Notes under the pieces: generated by a model
The model's database searches: none
Told to the model about the DNA's origin: nothing
Seen by the model: the letters and a program-made list of their open reading frames with translations, nothing else
Part shown: positions 41,490 through 55,674 of the stretch, piece after piece
Position numbering within the stretch: position 1 is the stretch's first letter
How the letters are laid out: every line of letters starts with the position of its first letter
From: Chrysomallon squamiferum
Lineage: Eukaryota > Animalia > Mollusca
Length of the DNA: 64,000 bases
Direction: 5' to 3'
Assembly (NCBI GenBank): GCA_012295275.1
Contig: CM022665.1
Span: 35,092,001 to 35,156,000 of the forward strand
Program-made: the position numbers and the translations under genes

Positions 41490-42699
41490 GTAAGTAAAAC
41501 AATTTTGCTTCCAGCTTGTAAGAAAAAAAAGACTTTACAACGTTCTTAAAGAGACAGCGTGTATTTCCAAAATTATGCATAAATAGGATTTAAAAATTCA
41601 TAAATGATAACTCAGTATGGAGAACTCTTTAAAATTAATTTAAAAAAAAAAAAAAAGTAAATAAAAAGAAGAAAAAGAAGTACAAAAAAACAAAACAAAA
41701 CAAACAAAAACTACAACAACAACAACAAAGAATGAATAAAAAAAAACTTAGTGTTAGTTTTCAGAATTAAGAGAAACAAAAATAGGTTTTTTGATTTAGT
41801 TTTTTCTACATTTGGCGCCAATTTAATTTATAATATGGTCTTCTAAAACGTTTTACTCCGCTCTGCTTCACCTAACACCAACAAATAATAAAGAGAGGTA
41901 AAATAGAAAATTTAAAGTAATCTGTGTTTTAATTAGAAAATAAAACTTGATAAATTTTGTTGAAAAGAGTTGCTACTGAAAGAGATAAAAAGGGTCAGTT
42001 ACTAAAGTTGTATGGTAAAGATATTACGTTCCTGTTTTTGCAATTTAACGATTCAGTAAAACTGCATGTAATTAATTATTAGCAGAAGTCGTAGAAGTAT
42101 ATTAGTTCTTAATAAATTCTATATGCCAGAAGTTAACGATTGGCCTTGAGAAAGGTGGAATTATATTCATTTTTTTTTTTAACGGCTCGTTATAGTTGGA
42201 GAGATGTAAAATCTCTATTCAGTTTCTTTTTTCTGCTTTCTGCTTTATATTACTCACCTTGTGAGCAAACTAGGCATATTGATGGATTGTTTGCATTAGA
42301 AATGTTTAATATAATTTGTTGTAATTAGAGTCAATTTCGTAGTTTTAAGTCATGGCTTAATGTAAATAAGACTCAAAAAATATTTTATTTACAGCAATTT
42401 AATACGAAATCAGAAACACAACTTACCTACCTGTATACATATATTTCTTCCAATTTATAATTAATAATAATACTAAAGTTTCGTGTTTTTCTGGGGGGTT
42501 TTTTGTTTTGTTTTTTTGTAATGTTCATTTGTATATATATTAAAAATGTCCACTGATTTTATTTTCATATTAAATATTGTTTCCTAGAGACAACAGTTTG
42601 CATCAGTTCACATTTTTTATTTTGACATATTCTAGACGTCTTTTTTCTCTTCTTTTTTTTTTTAAATTATTTATACATATATTTAAAAAACCCATCTTC

Positions 42700-43310
42700 T
42701 TTGGCTTCCATCGCTGTGTCTACATCCAGGTTCTTCACTGACCGGACTAAGAGGAAGTGTTTGTCTTTAGTTTAAGACATATCTTAGCACCGTTGACAGC
42801 TGTAGAATGAATTATAGCCACTTTTTCTGCGCCATATAAAATAAATTTCTTGGAATAATTGTTTCTAGCCAAGCATGCTGAAAATAGCTTCTCTAATCGA
42901 TATCTTTGAACGGGACAAAGTTTTGCTCTGGCTATGGGATTAAGGCCATCGAACTATTTTCAAAATCGTTTAATGGTGTTGATGAAAGTGGCCGGATAAT
43001 TTAATCTATCCGAAAACTTAGACGACGGCAACGACGACATATATTTGTCAAACAGCTTTTTAAAATGCTTCCTTTAAGACGGACGCTGAACCGGTTATCA
43101 CATGAAACGGCGACATGTTTGCTTTCCAGATTAAATAACAATCAAAATACTCTCATAGTAACTGGTTCGCTTTAATTCTGTCTTTAGAAGTATGGAGCAT
43201 CAATGACAACTAGCTTCCGACAGGTGACTCTGTAGATCTAAGATCGATTATCATAAAGGGACAGTTTTCGACGGCAGGATTGGGTTTGTGTTATACAGCT
43301 ATAATAAAGG
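42700..43310 (+). promoter_or_regulatory. CpG-rich promoter/5'UTR-like segment
   Basis: Higher GC/CpG, E-box CAGCTG, TATA-like catataaaa near 42833, donor-like aaagg|GTAAAT at 43311. No long ORF. Confidence 0.3.
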
Positions 43311-44786
43311 GTAAATAAAAATATATCTTTTTTTATTCTGATGGCTTTATACCTGACGAGTCTCTAATTTTATATACTTGACTTAAAGACTAAACAATTA
43401 ATTTTTTGTTGGGTTAGATGAAAATGAAGTTTACACATACAGTATATTTTTATTCTGCGATAAACGTTTACTGAGCAGGCTTAGAAATGGGGCTAGGGCA
43501 AAAAACCCGCTGCTTATTGTAAATGTGGACAAAACCCCAGCTGCTGATTTTAGACTTTTGTTGTATATACATATAAACAACACCAACAGAACATAGTCGA
43601 GATCGCCGTCCAAAGAATTTTACCACTTTTTTTTTGAACTGCAAAACTGGTTGAATTCATATCAGTGTTTAGTTATAGATCAATATTAGATTTGTATGTG
43701 TATGTATATAATTAATATTCCTATGCGATACAGCTGCCATGATATACTGAATACTCACTGAAACACAATCTTCATTCTTTTTACTTCGACCTTATAATTT
43801 TTATAAAACAGTAACGGATTTTATCACAATCAAATATTAATTGTAATGTCCAGAAACCATTAAAATCGTTTTTCCAGTTTCTACATTTCAAATTTTCTAA
43901 AGGGGAATTTTCTCCCGGATTCCCTTCAACATCTCTAGTCCGTCGCCCCAATGTCACAATCGTTCCGGCGGTCCAGCAAGTTATAATTTAAAAAAAGGTT
44001 GCCTGAAAAAACCTATCACTGACTGTGAACTAACATTTGCACGAAGAACTGATTGATTTAAGTTGTGCGCATCCTTATAGTCTCCTTAGATCAGTAGCAT
44101 CCTGAAAGTACATTCTTGTAATCAGTGTTGTGCAAATGGATGAATGTACAAGTTTAAATACATTTAATAACAGAGCTGTACAAATTAGATTTTTTAAGAA
44201 ACACAAGAAGCTGTAAAATGATCATTACCGTTAGTTGTTTGAAAATTGGTGGTATGAGTATAAAAGCATATATCTATATATATGTTCACAGAAAACCTTA
44301 CAGTGCACAACTAAATTTTACTATTTTTATATATGTGCATGGGTGTGCGTGTAAATGTATGGATCTGTGGTTTGTTTTTTCTAGTCCATGGTAAGATACA
44401 GGCACAATGTAAGTATTCGTTTTTTTCAATAGAAATAAATGTGTTGGTTTCTTTTCATCTGGTATAATTATAAAATCGTATTTCATATTTGATAACGTAT
44501 TAATATAAAATATGCGGAGACGTCATTAAATCAACTTTCAGTCGTTTATTTTTGACAAGATAAGCAGATTCTTTGATTTAGTTTCCAGTCTAGAACAGAC
44601 TAAAGCAGCTATAATAACTTTTCAATGATCGAAAAGTGGGAATGGCCATTAACTCCCCCCAAAAACCCCCAAAACCCCATTTATTTATTAATAAGTAACG
44701 ATTATTTGTCTGCGATTAAAATTTATCGTATCTAATAATTGTTTCAGTAATTAATAATTATAGAATCTACAGAACTAATAATTATA

Positions 44787-44825
<39 letters not shown>

Positions 44826-44892
44826 AATAATGAGAGCCATCGGCATTTATTGCTCCAACATTTCCTTTTATCTTTATACCTTTGCGTCTTCT

Positions 44893-44930
<38 letters not shown>

Positions 44931-46559
44931 CAGGGACAACGACAACGATACCGACGACTACAACAAAAACAATAACAATAATAATAAATTCATCCTGTTT
45001 TATATTACACATATGCACATGATTAGCTTTGTGTTCATCTTGTAGTTTTTATCTCCCAGAAACGAACTAGTGTTGTTAAATGTGAAATATAGCATTTAAT
45101 CATTTACCGTCTTCATCAAGATATAAACCAGACATCTATGAAGTTTTTTTTCTTTTGATAATTTGCCAGATATAAACTAAATATTCACAGAATGGGTGCT
45201 ACTGGGGCGGATAAACGCGTAGGTAACACAGTACAAAATAATAAATGAAATACGAATTAAGCCATTAAAATTACACGAAAATAAATTTGATGTTGGTTTA
45301 GAACCAAAAAGTTATGATCCGAAAATACACTAACAATGAATTACATTAATTTACTTAACGCATAAAGTAGAGGAGAAAAAAGTTTATATCAGCATAGTCA
45401 AATACTCAAAGATATATGAATGTGTGAAATTATGTTGCAATAAATGCCACCTGCAGTATCATAAATGTCACCTGATGATACGCCTATGTAGGGAGATGGA
45501 TTCAGTTCGAATCCCATCACCTTCAGGCGAATTCATTTTTTCTTTTTAAGCATTTATTAAATGTACACATTCCGGAAGGAAAACGGTCGGACTACTCTAG
45601 AAACATCTCACAGAGCAATTTCAACCCACTCTTTTCTCAGTAACAATACATCTTGAAAAAAAATACATATATTCAGTGTACTAATAAAATTTCGTTTATA
45701 AATAGCACCGTATGCTAATATGAATTTTTAACAACCAGTAATTATTATTTTTAATTTGCTATTATTCAGCGAATAATTGCTTTTGGTACGTGCAAAACTT
45801 GTATTACATGTATTATACCATTATTCATGCTGCTCGTGAGTATCATATTTCCGAAAAGATTACTAACTCTGGCGGCAGTAATGTGTGTGTGTGTGTGTGT
45901 GTTGTGGTTATTATTTTTTTTTTTTGGGGGGGGGAGGGTATCTGTTTTTATGTCACTGTCTTTGTTGAAGGCACTTTGAAATGAATTATAATAATTTAAT
46001 AAAACATCAGTATTCCTACTTCTTAACAAAACTAATGTTCGACTGTATACAATTTTAAATATGTAACTGCGTTAATTTAAAATAGCTATGTTTTATTTTG
46101 TATTTGTTTTTTGTCTTTTAATCTAAACGATGATTGTAAATATATAATACCGAGATACGTCAAACCATTCTTCATTCATGCTTTACTGCTTCTCTATCTT
46201 TACAGGCAGCAGTTTTCGAACTGCAGTGTAGCTGAAAAAAGCTGACTGTTTAGATAAACTTATTATTTCTTTATTTCTATAATGCAGTACATATCGGTTG
46301 CTTGTACTCATTAAGCACTAAATCATATTTTGTGACAAGAGATGGAGATATCACTATGTTCTTAATATTTCATTATTAATTTAAATACTATCTCAACGAA
46401 TACTATGTTCCCATATACAGCAATTTTTTTAATTTTTTTTACTCCAGCTAATTAAAAAATGACTGCATTTTTAATTATTCTAACATATCTACCATTAATT
46501 TAATTTTCGTTGAAACGCAGTAACAATCTAAACTAGACAAGCGTTTCAGAAATCTTGTA

Positions 46560-47110
46560 GCCTGTCTGGGTTAGTATGTTAGTGTGTGGCTCAAAGGGTG
46601 TGTCTGTCTATGTGATGTAAACGATTCTGTGACTTGAAACCAATGATCTTCAACCAATGACAACACTATGACAGCATCAATGACAATTTACGCTGGAAAT
46701 TATCATTAAGTTCTTTTTATTTTAACCTGTGACGCGGTTTATTACGACAGTTCCGACGGTTGAAACACGACACACGTAGACACAAAGATCCTAATGAACT
46801 ACCCCTGTGTGTGCTAGACTTTGAATTATGGGATGGACAGGTTCATTGATGTTTTGTTGCCAAATGATATGGCGCGAAATCGCAGTGTCCCATCCGAAAA
46901 TAAACCTTGATTGGCAATAAATATTGGCCTTCTGTCTGAAGCAAGTAATTAAGGGTGTTATTTGTCAATAAATGTAGTAGGTGAATAAATAGGGTTCATG
47001 ACATGTGCTAAATTTTCAGATAACGGAGAAAGGATCGATACAGTCGTTACCAGACCCTTTTACAAACAGTTAAGTTCTCGGGTTTTGGAACTGTTGATTC
47101 AGAGTTCCTG
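46560..47110. promoter_or_regulatory. CpG-rich regulatory-like block (E2F-like and CCAAT motifs)
   Basis: ggcgcgaaa (reverse complement TTTCGCGCC) at 46871, two ATTGG near 46910 and 46923, TCF-like ctttgaa. Motif matches only. Confidence 0.3.
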
Positions 47111-50100
47111 TTATATTTGAAAAAAGAAAGAAGAAAAAAAAAAAAAAAAATATAAAAAATATATATATATGTTTTTGTTATTACTATATCAAAGTTTCTG
47201 CATCTATATTAAAAGACGTGGGAAAAGCAATCAGCACCAATAAAAGAGTATGAAAATTTGAAATGGGAAACCATTAAAGGCAATCTTATTGGTTACTCCT
47301 ACCAGTCAGCAGTCAGTGAAGTTTTATGAATTCTTTCAAGCTAGACTGAACGTGGATTTTGATTTTTCATTTGATAAAGATTTAACACCTGCTCATCTAA
47401 ATAAACATTGTAGTGATATTACTTACTCAGGCATTACCACAAACTTCTGGACTGGAAATATTTTTTGTATTACAATGAAATGTTTGCTTATACCTGCAGA
47501 TTAGATTTGTTGTTTTTTTACTTCTGTAAAGTCAAAAATAGGGACACACACACACATAGAGAGAGAGAGAGAGATGTGTAGAAATAAAGTAATTATTCTA
47601 TTTTATTTTATCCACTAAAATCTTGGAAATAATTTTTTGTTCAACGTCGTGTAAAATATTTGTTCAGTATGCTATAACTTAATTGCTGGTGTTCACAAAA
47701 GCAAAGAAAATGACATTATAGGCAAACAATTTATCAAAAGGTAATGTTCAAAACGTTCTTGCTTCAAGTATCATCTGAACAATGGGAAAATGAAAAGAAC
47801 ATTCAGTTTATAAACTCCGAATCAACAATAATATCCATACAAGAAATACAGGTAGCAATCTTATCTAGATGAATGATTCCCTGATGAGTCATAAATAGCT
47901 TTCGAGAAAGCAGTTTGAAGTGCATTTGATGTTAGTTTTTGTAGCGGAAGTAAAACTGTAATCGGACTTACAGCCTAAAATTTAATTTTGTTTTCAGTAA
48001 ATTTCAGCATTTGACTTGATTTCTTTTTTACTGACATCGTGTTATCACACCTCAACTCAAATTAATTCAAACGCACATGTCAAAATTATAAATAAAACAA
48101 CAACAACAAGAATTTGATTTTCATATTTGACTTGTCCCATTAAAAACTGCTTTCCTCTGTAATTGTGAATATGTAAACATGTAACAAAAGAAGAATTCCA
48201 TAAAACTTTTGAAAAAATGTTTTCTTTATATGATGATTTTGAGATTTGTTTTATATCTGAAGCTGTCTATTTTTTTTTTTTTTTTTTTTTTTTTAAGGAA
48301 AATTGAAAAACAAAAAACGATGATGTGTAGCTATAAAAAGTGATAGCCGAAAAGCCAGAATAAATACTGCCACTGGTAGTAATTTTTATCTCTTCTTTAT
48401 TACATGTTTCTGAAACGGAGCCAAACTGTTTGTGAAGAGATATGTATTTTTACACATGTAAATTTGTCAGCAGCAAAACGAAATTAGATCTCGTATGAAA
48501 CAAACCGCAAAACAGCATGCAGTTATTGAAAGAAGGTGAAAAATCTGCTGATGAAATATTATAATGACAAGGCAGGCCTTGAACTGGAAGAATACAATAA
48601 TTACCTGTGCGGAGATGGTGCCTGTAGGTATGCTGTTTTCTAAACGATAAACGAAAATGTGGATATATGTTCCTTGTAACTAAACGTTTTACATCTGTTA
48701 AAATAATAAAAACAAATAACCGTTATTTTTATTTCTGCTTAGTTATTAGGCGTTTGATTCTTTTTTTCTCTCTCTCTCTTACACATATATATATACCTAC
48801 ATAAACATAATTAATTACATACATACATTTTTCAAAACACACACACACACGCACACACACACATACTCACTAGAGGTCTATACGAATACACACATTCATA
48901 ACGTTGACCAGTTTATTCCTTCAATATAAATAATAAGAAAAAAACAAAAAATAACAAAAAGTGCTTTATAATAATTATTTAATAGCCTGGAGGCTAGCGG
49001 TTGTTTTGAATTTTTTTTGGTGAAATAGAAGAAGAGAAGAAAGCACACTTCATTGTAATCTTTATTGGATGAGAGATATTAATCGTGTAAGACTGGTGTG
49101 TAGTACAACATCATTTGAATAGAACACACCTCGAAGCCCTCTAACCACATTCTGAATGGCATCAGACATGATCGATCCACATTCATAATTTAAATGCTCG
49201 AGGATAGTAATTTTAACATGTACAGTTATCAGTAATTTTAGATTATCTCTAGAGAAAAGAAAGAAAAAAGAAAAGAGAAAATCTGACATATCTGTATATA
49301 TGTACATAAATATGTAGGCATATATGCATGTCTGTATAAGTATGTGTATGTGTGTGTGTGCCAGTCTTGTCACAAATACACATTCAGGTTGATACTTTTT
49401 AGAGTATAAACCCTCTGTCTCTCATTTACATGCGTTTACACATTTCACGCGGAGACAGAAATACATTCGCACATGTAAACATATGCAGCACTAACACACA
49501 AACGCAGGTGCATTTCTACACCCCAAGTTACCAACAAATTATGGTGAATTGAAAGCGCTGAGTTGAGTTCGTCGTGACTCATTAATATCAATGCTCTGTG
49601 TGTTTGTGTGAAATCGACGACGCGGTAAACGGTACAGTCCAGTACTGTGTCATCTATCGAAATGGAAAATACAAAACCAACAAACATGAATGAATATCTT
49701 CAGGGCATTTGTATAACGTATAGGATCATTTCTTTAACAGCATACATTAAGGCCGCAGGTTATTGTTTGTAAATATGGTGTATGTTTTTTTTTTTTTTTT
49801 TTTTAAATAACATATTTGATCGAAAAATATTATTAATATTATCTGTGATAAATATTTAGATTTTTGATGTTTATGAATCGTAACTAATACGACCAGAAAT
49901 AAATATTTCTATCAGCTTCAGATTATTTTAAATTAATTTTAAGGATTTTTAAAAGTATTATTAATTATTTATTGAATTCTTAATTACAAGAAATTTTTAA
50001 AGAAAGATGAAATAAAATAGTTCTAGGAAAGAAAGAAGAAACTTTTAAACAGTTAAGAAAACGAGAGGTGAACATTAAAAGGGGTCAAAGAAAGAAAGAA

Positions 50101-50243
50101 AAAAGAAAATATGACAAGCACTACGTAATAGTTAACATCTTACTTAAGTTTTTTTTTTTTTTTTTTTTTTCCGTACGTTCGCTATGAAAACGTAGTGTCG
50201 TCTGCTCCAGTTGAATAATTGCGCACGACACATCGAATGTATT

Positions 50244-50972
50244 ATGGCCGCCCAACTGGCGGAAGACGATTTAGCAGACGAATGCATGATAAACAATGAC
50301 GAATCTGAGAAAACACAGGTATTTTAAAGTGTGTTAAAAGTTATGAAATTAAGATAGTTATAGATTTTGTTCAGCAGTAAAGTATTTCTGATAGCTGAAC
50401 TAAATGGATTACTTTTTTTTTTTTTTTTTGTTATGACTGATTTTTTTTTTTCTGTGTATATTCGTCATCTTTTAAGTTAAAAAATAAATCACAACAAGAA
50501 ATAAACAAAACAAACAAAAAAAATCGTTTTATGTTTCATAAAAATGTATTTATTAATATTTAAACAGTTTATTTATTTTCTTATTTATTTAACTACTTAT
50601 TTATTATTATTTATTACACATAGACACAAACACATGTATATATGTTTATATATCACATTTTCTTAGATTAAGCATATATATATATATATATTGCAATTAC
50701 TGTTCGTAGTGGCAAGATATGATTGGATAAATTTCCATATTTTCGGGCCCAGGATGGAACAATATTTATTTTGAACATTATTTGATATTTACATATATAT
50801 ATTTTGTTGAAAGTTACTACTATGGTTTCAACCATAAAAGACCATTTTGAAAACAGTTTTCATTTAAAAAATTAAAAAATCATTTGTTATTTGAGAACTA
50901 TTTTGTTTTGATGTACAGTCTTTTTAGGTGACAACAAAAACAGTATGCATGAATCTGTTTTTGCCAAGAATG
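50244..50972 (+). CDS. Candidate first two coding exons of an unidentified + strand gene (50244-50318 MAAQLAEDDLADECMINNDESEKTQ; 50928-50972 VTTKTVCMNLFLPRM)
   Basis: Strongest CpG island in the window (50170-50320), attATGGCCGCC start, donor cag|GTATTT, acceptor tttttAG, donor atg|GTGAGT. CpG depletion starts just downstream. Product not recognised. Confidence 0.5.
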
Positions 50973-53599
50973 GTGAGTTCAGAAATAAAACAGTCAATCT
51001 CATTTAGTTTCTGTATTATTTAGGATTGCAAAATATGGGTACTGTTCAAATATACTTTTTTGTCCATGTTAATAATATCAACAGGTATCATAACTATGTC
51101 AATTTATCATCTTTGTTTAATTTTGGTAATGCTCCTGAAATATTTTAAGAAGTTGCAGTCATGTAACAGTTGTGTGTTTTCTTTACTAACATAATCACCT
51201 TTGATCAAAGCATGTAATTCAAGATATTACCATGTTATTAATTTGCTTATGTCTACATACCCTTAATAATTATTATTTTGTTTAAAAGTACCTAATCAAG
51301 GGATAATGTATCCAAAAAGTGAGCCAATATGTTTTTGTTAATTTATGTCTCTCCATATTTGAAACCACTATTGCCAAAAATAGAAAGCCAGACAATATCT
51401 TATATATTATTACATATTTTACAGACATCTTACTTAAAGATATTAAGAAGCATATTAAATTTAGTTCTCTCTTTCTCTCTCTCTCTCTCTGTCTCTTTCT
51501 GAATATAATTTAGTTTAACTATTCACATGACAATTAATATTCTGTTGATTTTAAGTCAGTTACTTATCTCTAGTTATAAGGTAAACTATTTTTTCTTTAG
51601 ATTAAGTATAGTTCTACAAAAAGAACCCAAAACAAGAGATGCCACTTAAAAAGTGCAGATAAAAATCCCATTTAGCTCTCTCATGGAGTGTTTTCCTAGT
51701 ATTCAGGATGAAGATTGTTGAAATAACTGGATTCATAAATTATATTTCTTACATTGAAGCAAAGAATGCGAGAAGCACAGAAAAGAAAAAGCCAAAAAAA
51801 AACAACAAAAAACCAAACAAAATAACAACAACAAAGAAAAAAAAAAACAAAAAAAAAAAACAGAAAACAATTGTATGTAATATGTCTCAAGCATACTGTG
51901 AATTTTACATAAAAATATATAATACTGGCATACATAGTATCATGGCACTATAGTCATGAGGTTGAAATGGTAAATAATTACCAGTTTTGTTCAGCTGCAT
52001 AAGAAGAAAAAGTCTTTAAAGAAAGAGTCTATGGTGCATCGCATAATTAAAGACAGTTGTTAAATCAGTTTAATTGTATATCTGACCCTCAAAACAATTT
52101 AATATCAACAGTTATTATGTGTAAATCAGAACCATTAATACACCACAACAAGGATTATTTCCAGTGTTCAGCAGTAAGAAATAAACATATACAAATAGTC
52201 TTTAAAACTCAATATGAAGCACCAGCTAGAATGAGAAATTTATTGCATGTAGCATAACATACATGAGCCAGATAAGTCAGTAATTATTTGAGCCACATCA
52301 TATCCTCAAGTAGATTAATATTACAAATGTAATTCTTTCCTGACACAAATGTAACAATTCAACTATAAACCAAGATAGAATAATAATACAAATGTTAGTT
52401 ACACAAATTTTACCCTAGTTATATTTTAAAATATATTGTTTTTATTTAACAACTTTATTTATTTATTTATTTTTAATCTGTTATTAAGGATCTATTTTAT
52501 TTTATTTTATTTTATTTTATTACATTATATTATATTTCATTTAATAATTTAATTTAATTTTTTTGCCATTAATATTTATTTATTTGTATATATATATATA
52601 ATTTATGAAGATGTATATTTTATATTTTTATTTGTATGTTTTATAGGTTAGAAAATAGCCTGGAGACACTGAATGATTAAACATTTTATCTTGGGATTAA
52701 TGTTGAACTCTTAAAATGTTGAATATTCTTTTTCGTGCTAAGAGTAGAGGCAATGTATTTGTATGGAATGTAATGTGAGGCTCCATGTATCCTCCTACAG
52801 ATTGTTTTGTTTTCTTCTTTTTTTGTCATATTTTATTAGCCAATGATGATATAGTCAGAGGAAATCTAAAACCACCACAACATGAATTACTTTCATTAAT
52901 TAGCATCAAAAAATATTTTATAAAAAATAAGGATTTTATCAGCAAGTACATATTAAAATGATTTAGAGTAAAGACAATGGATTTATTGACTATAAGAAAG
53001 TAGATACATTTTATTGGCTTTCTAGTCCAATGAATCACTGATATGGATGAAACCAGAAAAAATATCTATCAAAACTGTGTAAAATAACATATTGTAGTGT
53101 GACTTATTAGCTTTTTGATTTTTTTTTTGGTTTATTTCAAGGTTTCTTTAATCCTGTAGTTTTCTAAAAGATATACCTTTTTGGATCATTACGGTCCAAT
53201 TTACTGGCTTTTAGTAAGATTGGCTGTTTTATTCAGTATTAATGGCCAATCAGATTTTTGATTTGTTGAATATCAGTACATGTAGAGATTGTAAAAATAT
53301 GAATGGTTTCATCACAGATCAATCAGTTTATTGGCTGGTGACATATAGAAATAAGGCAGATTAAGTGAGTTTTTGTCAAAAATAACACATGGTGAAAAAT
53401 AAATGATTATTACAGTTACGTTATATATTCTATTTAAATAAGTTGTAAATTTAATTACAGTGTGAAAAAGAATCTTTAACATTTTAAGAATTAAATTGTT
53501 TGATGAAATGCTTTATGTCTGTTTTGAGACATTGGAACCATAGAAGCATACCATAGAAGATAAATAATAAATACAAACTACAAAATAAATGGCTTGCCT

Positions 53600-53850
53600 G
53601 ATTGACCATTTTATTCTCTTTCCCATTCCATCCAGAGTCTTGATATATCAAAGGCTATGGTATTTCTTGTGTTAAGATGCTAATAAAAGATACTGTGTTT
53701 ACTACTAAGAGAAAAATGGATATTTGTGTGTGTCTGTTTCAGTTTATGTCTGTGTATATAAAATATGAAATACTAAATGTTTATTTCTAATAGAGATGAT
53801 AGACAAATACTGTATTCTGCTTGATATCATTTTAAAACAAAACACTTTTT
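53600..53850 (+). mobile_element. Probable highly degraded interspersed repeat (SINE-like)
   Basis: Its 3' part (aaatgtttatttctaata...tgtattctg) resembles 54930-54990 (aaatgtctgacatctaata...tgtattctg). It also resembles, from memory only, an abundant gastropod repeat. No Pol III boxes or TSD visible. Confidence 0.35.
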
Positions 53851-54219
53851 ATCTTTAAATACTGAAAAATATAACACTGATTTTATAAGCTTGTATTCAT
53901 GTTTTATCTTCACATTCAGATGCCTGCCAGAATGTATAACTTGGACAGTTCAAACTATCAATGTAAGGTTCAACATAAATACCTTTTAGTGTATATATTT
54001 GTTTATGTCTTTAAATGTATTGGCATATGTAAGAAAGGGAAACAGAAAAAAGTGAAGGCACATGAATATAGATAAGTAGATAGATTTGGATGTAAATGTG
54101 TTTGTATACATGTATAATTATATGTTTAAGTAACGTATAAAAAAGGTAAACTATCATTTATATTATATTAGATGATTAAATATATGTATTGTGTTTATTT
54201 GTGTGTTTATTAACACTAA

Positions 54220-54260
<41 letters not shown>

Positions 54261-54366
54261 GCATGTATGTATGTATATATGTATAGGTGTGTTTGTATGT
54301 GTGTGTGTGTGCGTGTGTGTATATATATGTATGTATGTATATATGTATATATATATATATATATAT
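54220..54366. repeat. Compound (GT)n/(AT)n/(GTAT)n microsatellite
   Basis: Directly visible. Confidence 0.95.
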
Positions 54367-54835
54367 GAAAAGGAACTACCTTTTCTTTTAATCTTACATG
54401 ATTAATGAACCAGTTTGTCAGCTCAGGTTGAACCCTTTCTGGATGTGACAAACTCATCCAGTTGTTTTTGCCTATAGATCTAGATCTGATGTAATCTTCC
54501 AATTTTCTCCTTCAAATTAGTTGAACTGGCCAGTCGGAAATCAATCTAAATTTACAAGAGGTAATTGTGTTTTGTGACCAATCAATATACAAATTATCAT
54601 AGTGTAAAGCTGTGTTCCAAAACAGGTTTCTGAAGTGCACCTAGCTTCAATAACAGATGTCTGTAATTTGGTCTTTTGTTTTAAAAATGTGTTATTGTGT
54701 TATGTGACACTTAAGAAATATAAATGAACATTTTTATAACAGTATCTGTTTTAAAGTTAAAATTTACACTCATGCACATATACACATAAATTCATGCATA
54801 CCTATAAATACATATAGATAGATACATGCATACAA

Positions 54836-54872
<37 letters not shown>

Positions 54873-55674
54873 GTGATGTAATGTAATATAATGAAAAGTG
54901 AGTTTGTTTTAAGATTCTTTGTTGGGAATATCAAATGTCTGACATCTAATATCCAGTAACAGAGAAATTAGTGTATTCTGGTATCTTTAATTATTATTTA
55001 GTACAAATTAAAAATAAAATAAAGGTAACAAATTAAGCATTGGGTAATGGTAAATGTATTTTTTGAAAGTTCTGACATTTAAATAGTTTATTCTTACAAA
55101 TATAAATAATAATAATAATAATAAAAACATTTAAAAAAATTAGAATGTTATGGTCATGTTATTATTATATATTTTATTACATACTTTCATGTTTTTGATT
55201 TACTGAAGGTGCATTGGTTTTCTCAGAATGGAAAATACGTTCTAAGATCTCTTACAGCTAACAATGCCTTATAAAACGGAAGAAAAAACCCAGATCAAAA
55301 GCAGTAAAAGAATAAAGTTTCAAGAGTAACAATTATTTAAAGATATATTTACTGTAAATATATAAATAAATTGGTTTATTAATTGCAAACACTGTAAAAA
55401 CCTTCCTATACATACGTCCATGCAAACTCATCGTAATCCTTCAATTGATTTTTCCTCACACAGATATCCATGTAGAACCAACCAGTACTCAACATTTCCC
55501 CCACACTTATCAATCACTACTCAAACTTGCAGCAACAAAAAAAATAAAAAAATAAAAAAAATGTAAAAAGCAAAAGCTTCCATATAAGAAAAGTGTTATT
55601 CATGATTTTTGCTACAGATGCTTATGGAATTGGGTCCAACTGGAAGCCATCATCCACCAGGATTATAAAACAGA

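Noticed and set aside
43860-43980. GC-richer segment resembling short invertebrate non-autonomous repeats
   Set aside because: No TIR pair, TSD or second copy in the window.
45465-45535. tRNA-like GTTCGAATCC (B box / T-loop) within a hairpin
   Set aside because: No A box, D arm or acceptor stem in register; at most a decayed SINE fragment.
52760-52790. miR-1-like tggaatgtaa (and miR-7-like tggaagac at 56547)
   Set aside because: The match stops after 8-10 nt and there is no proper pre-miRNA hairpin.
54412-54461. Interlocked stems agtttgtca/tgacaaact and ctggatg/catccag suggesting a pseudoknot
   Set aside because: Zero-length connecting loops make simultaneous pairing impossible, and such short stems are expected by chance in 64 kb.
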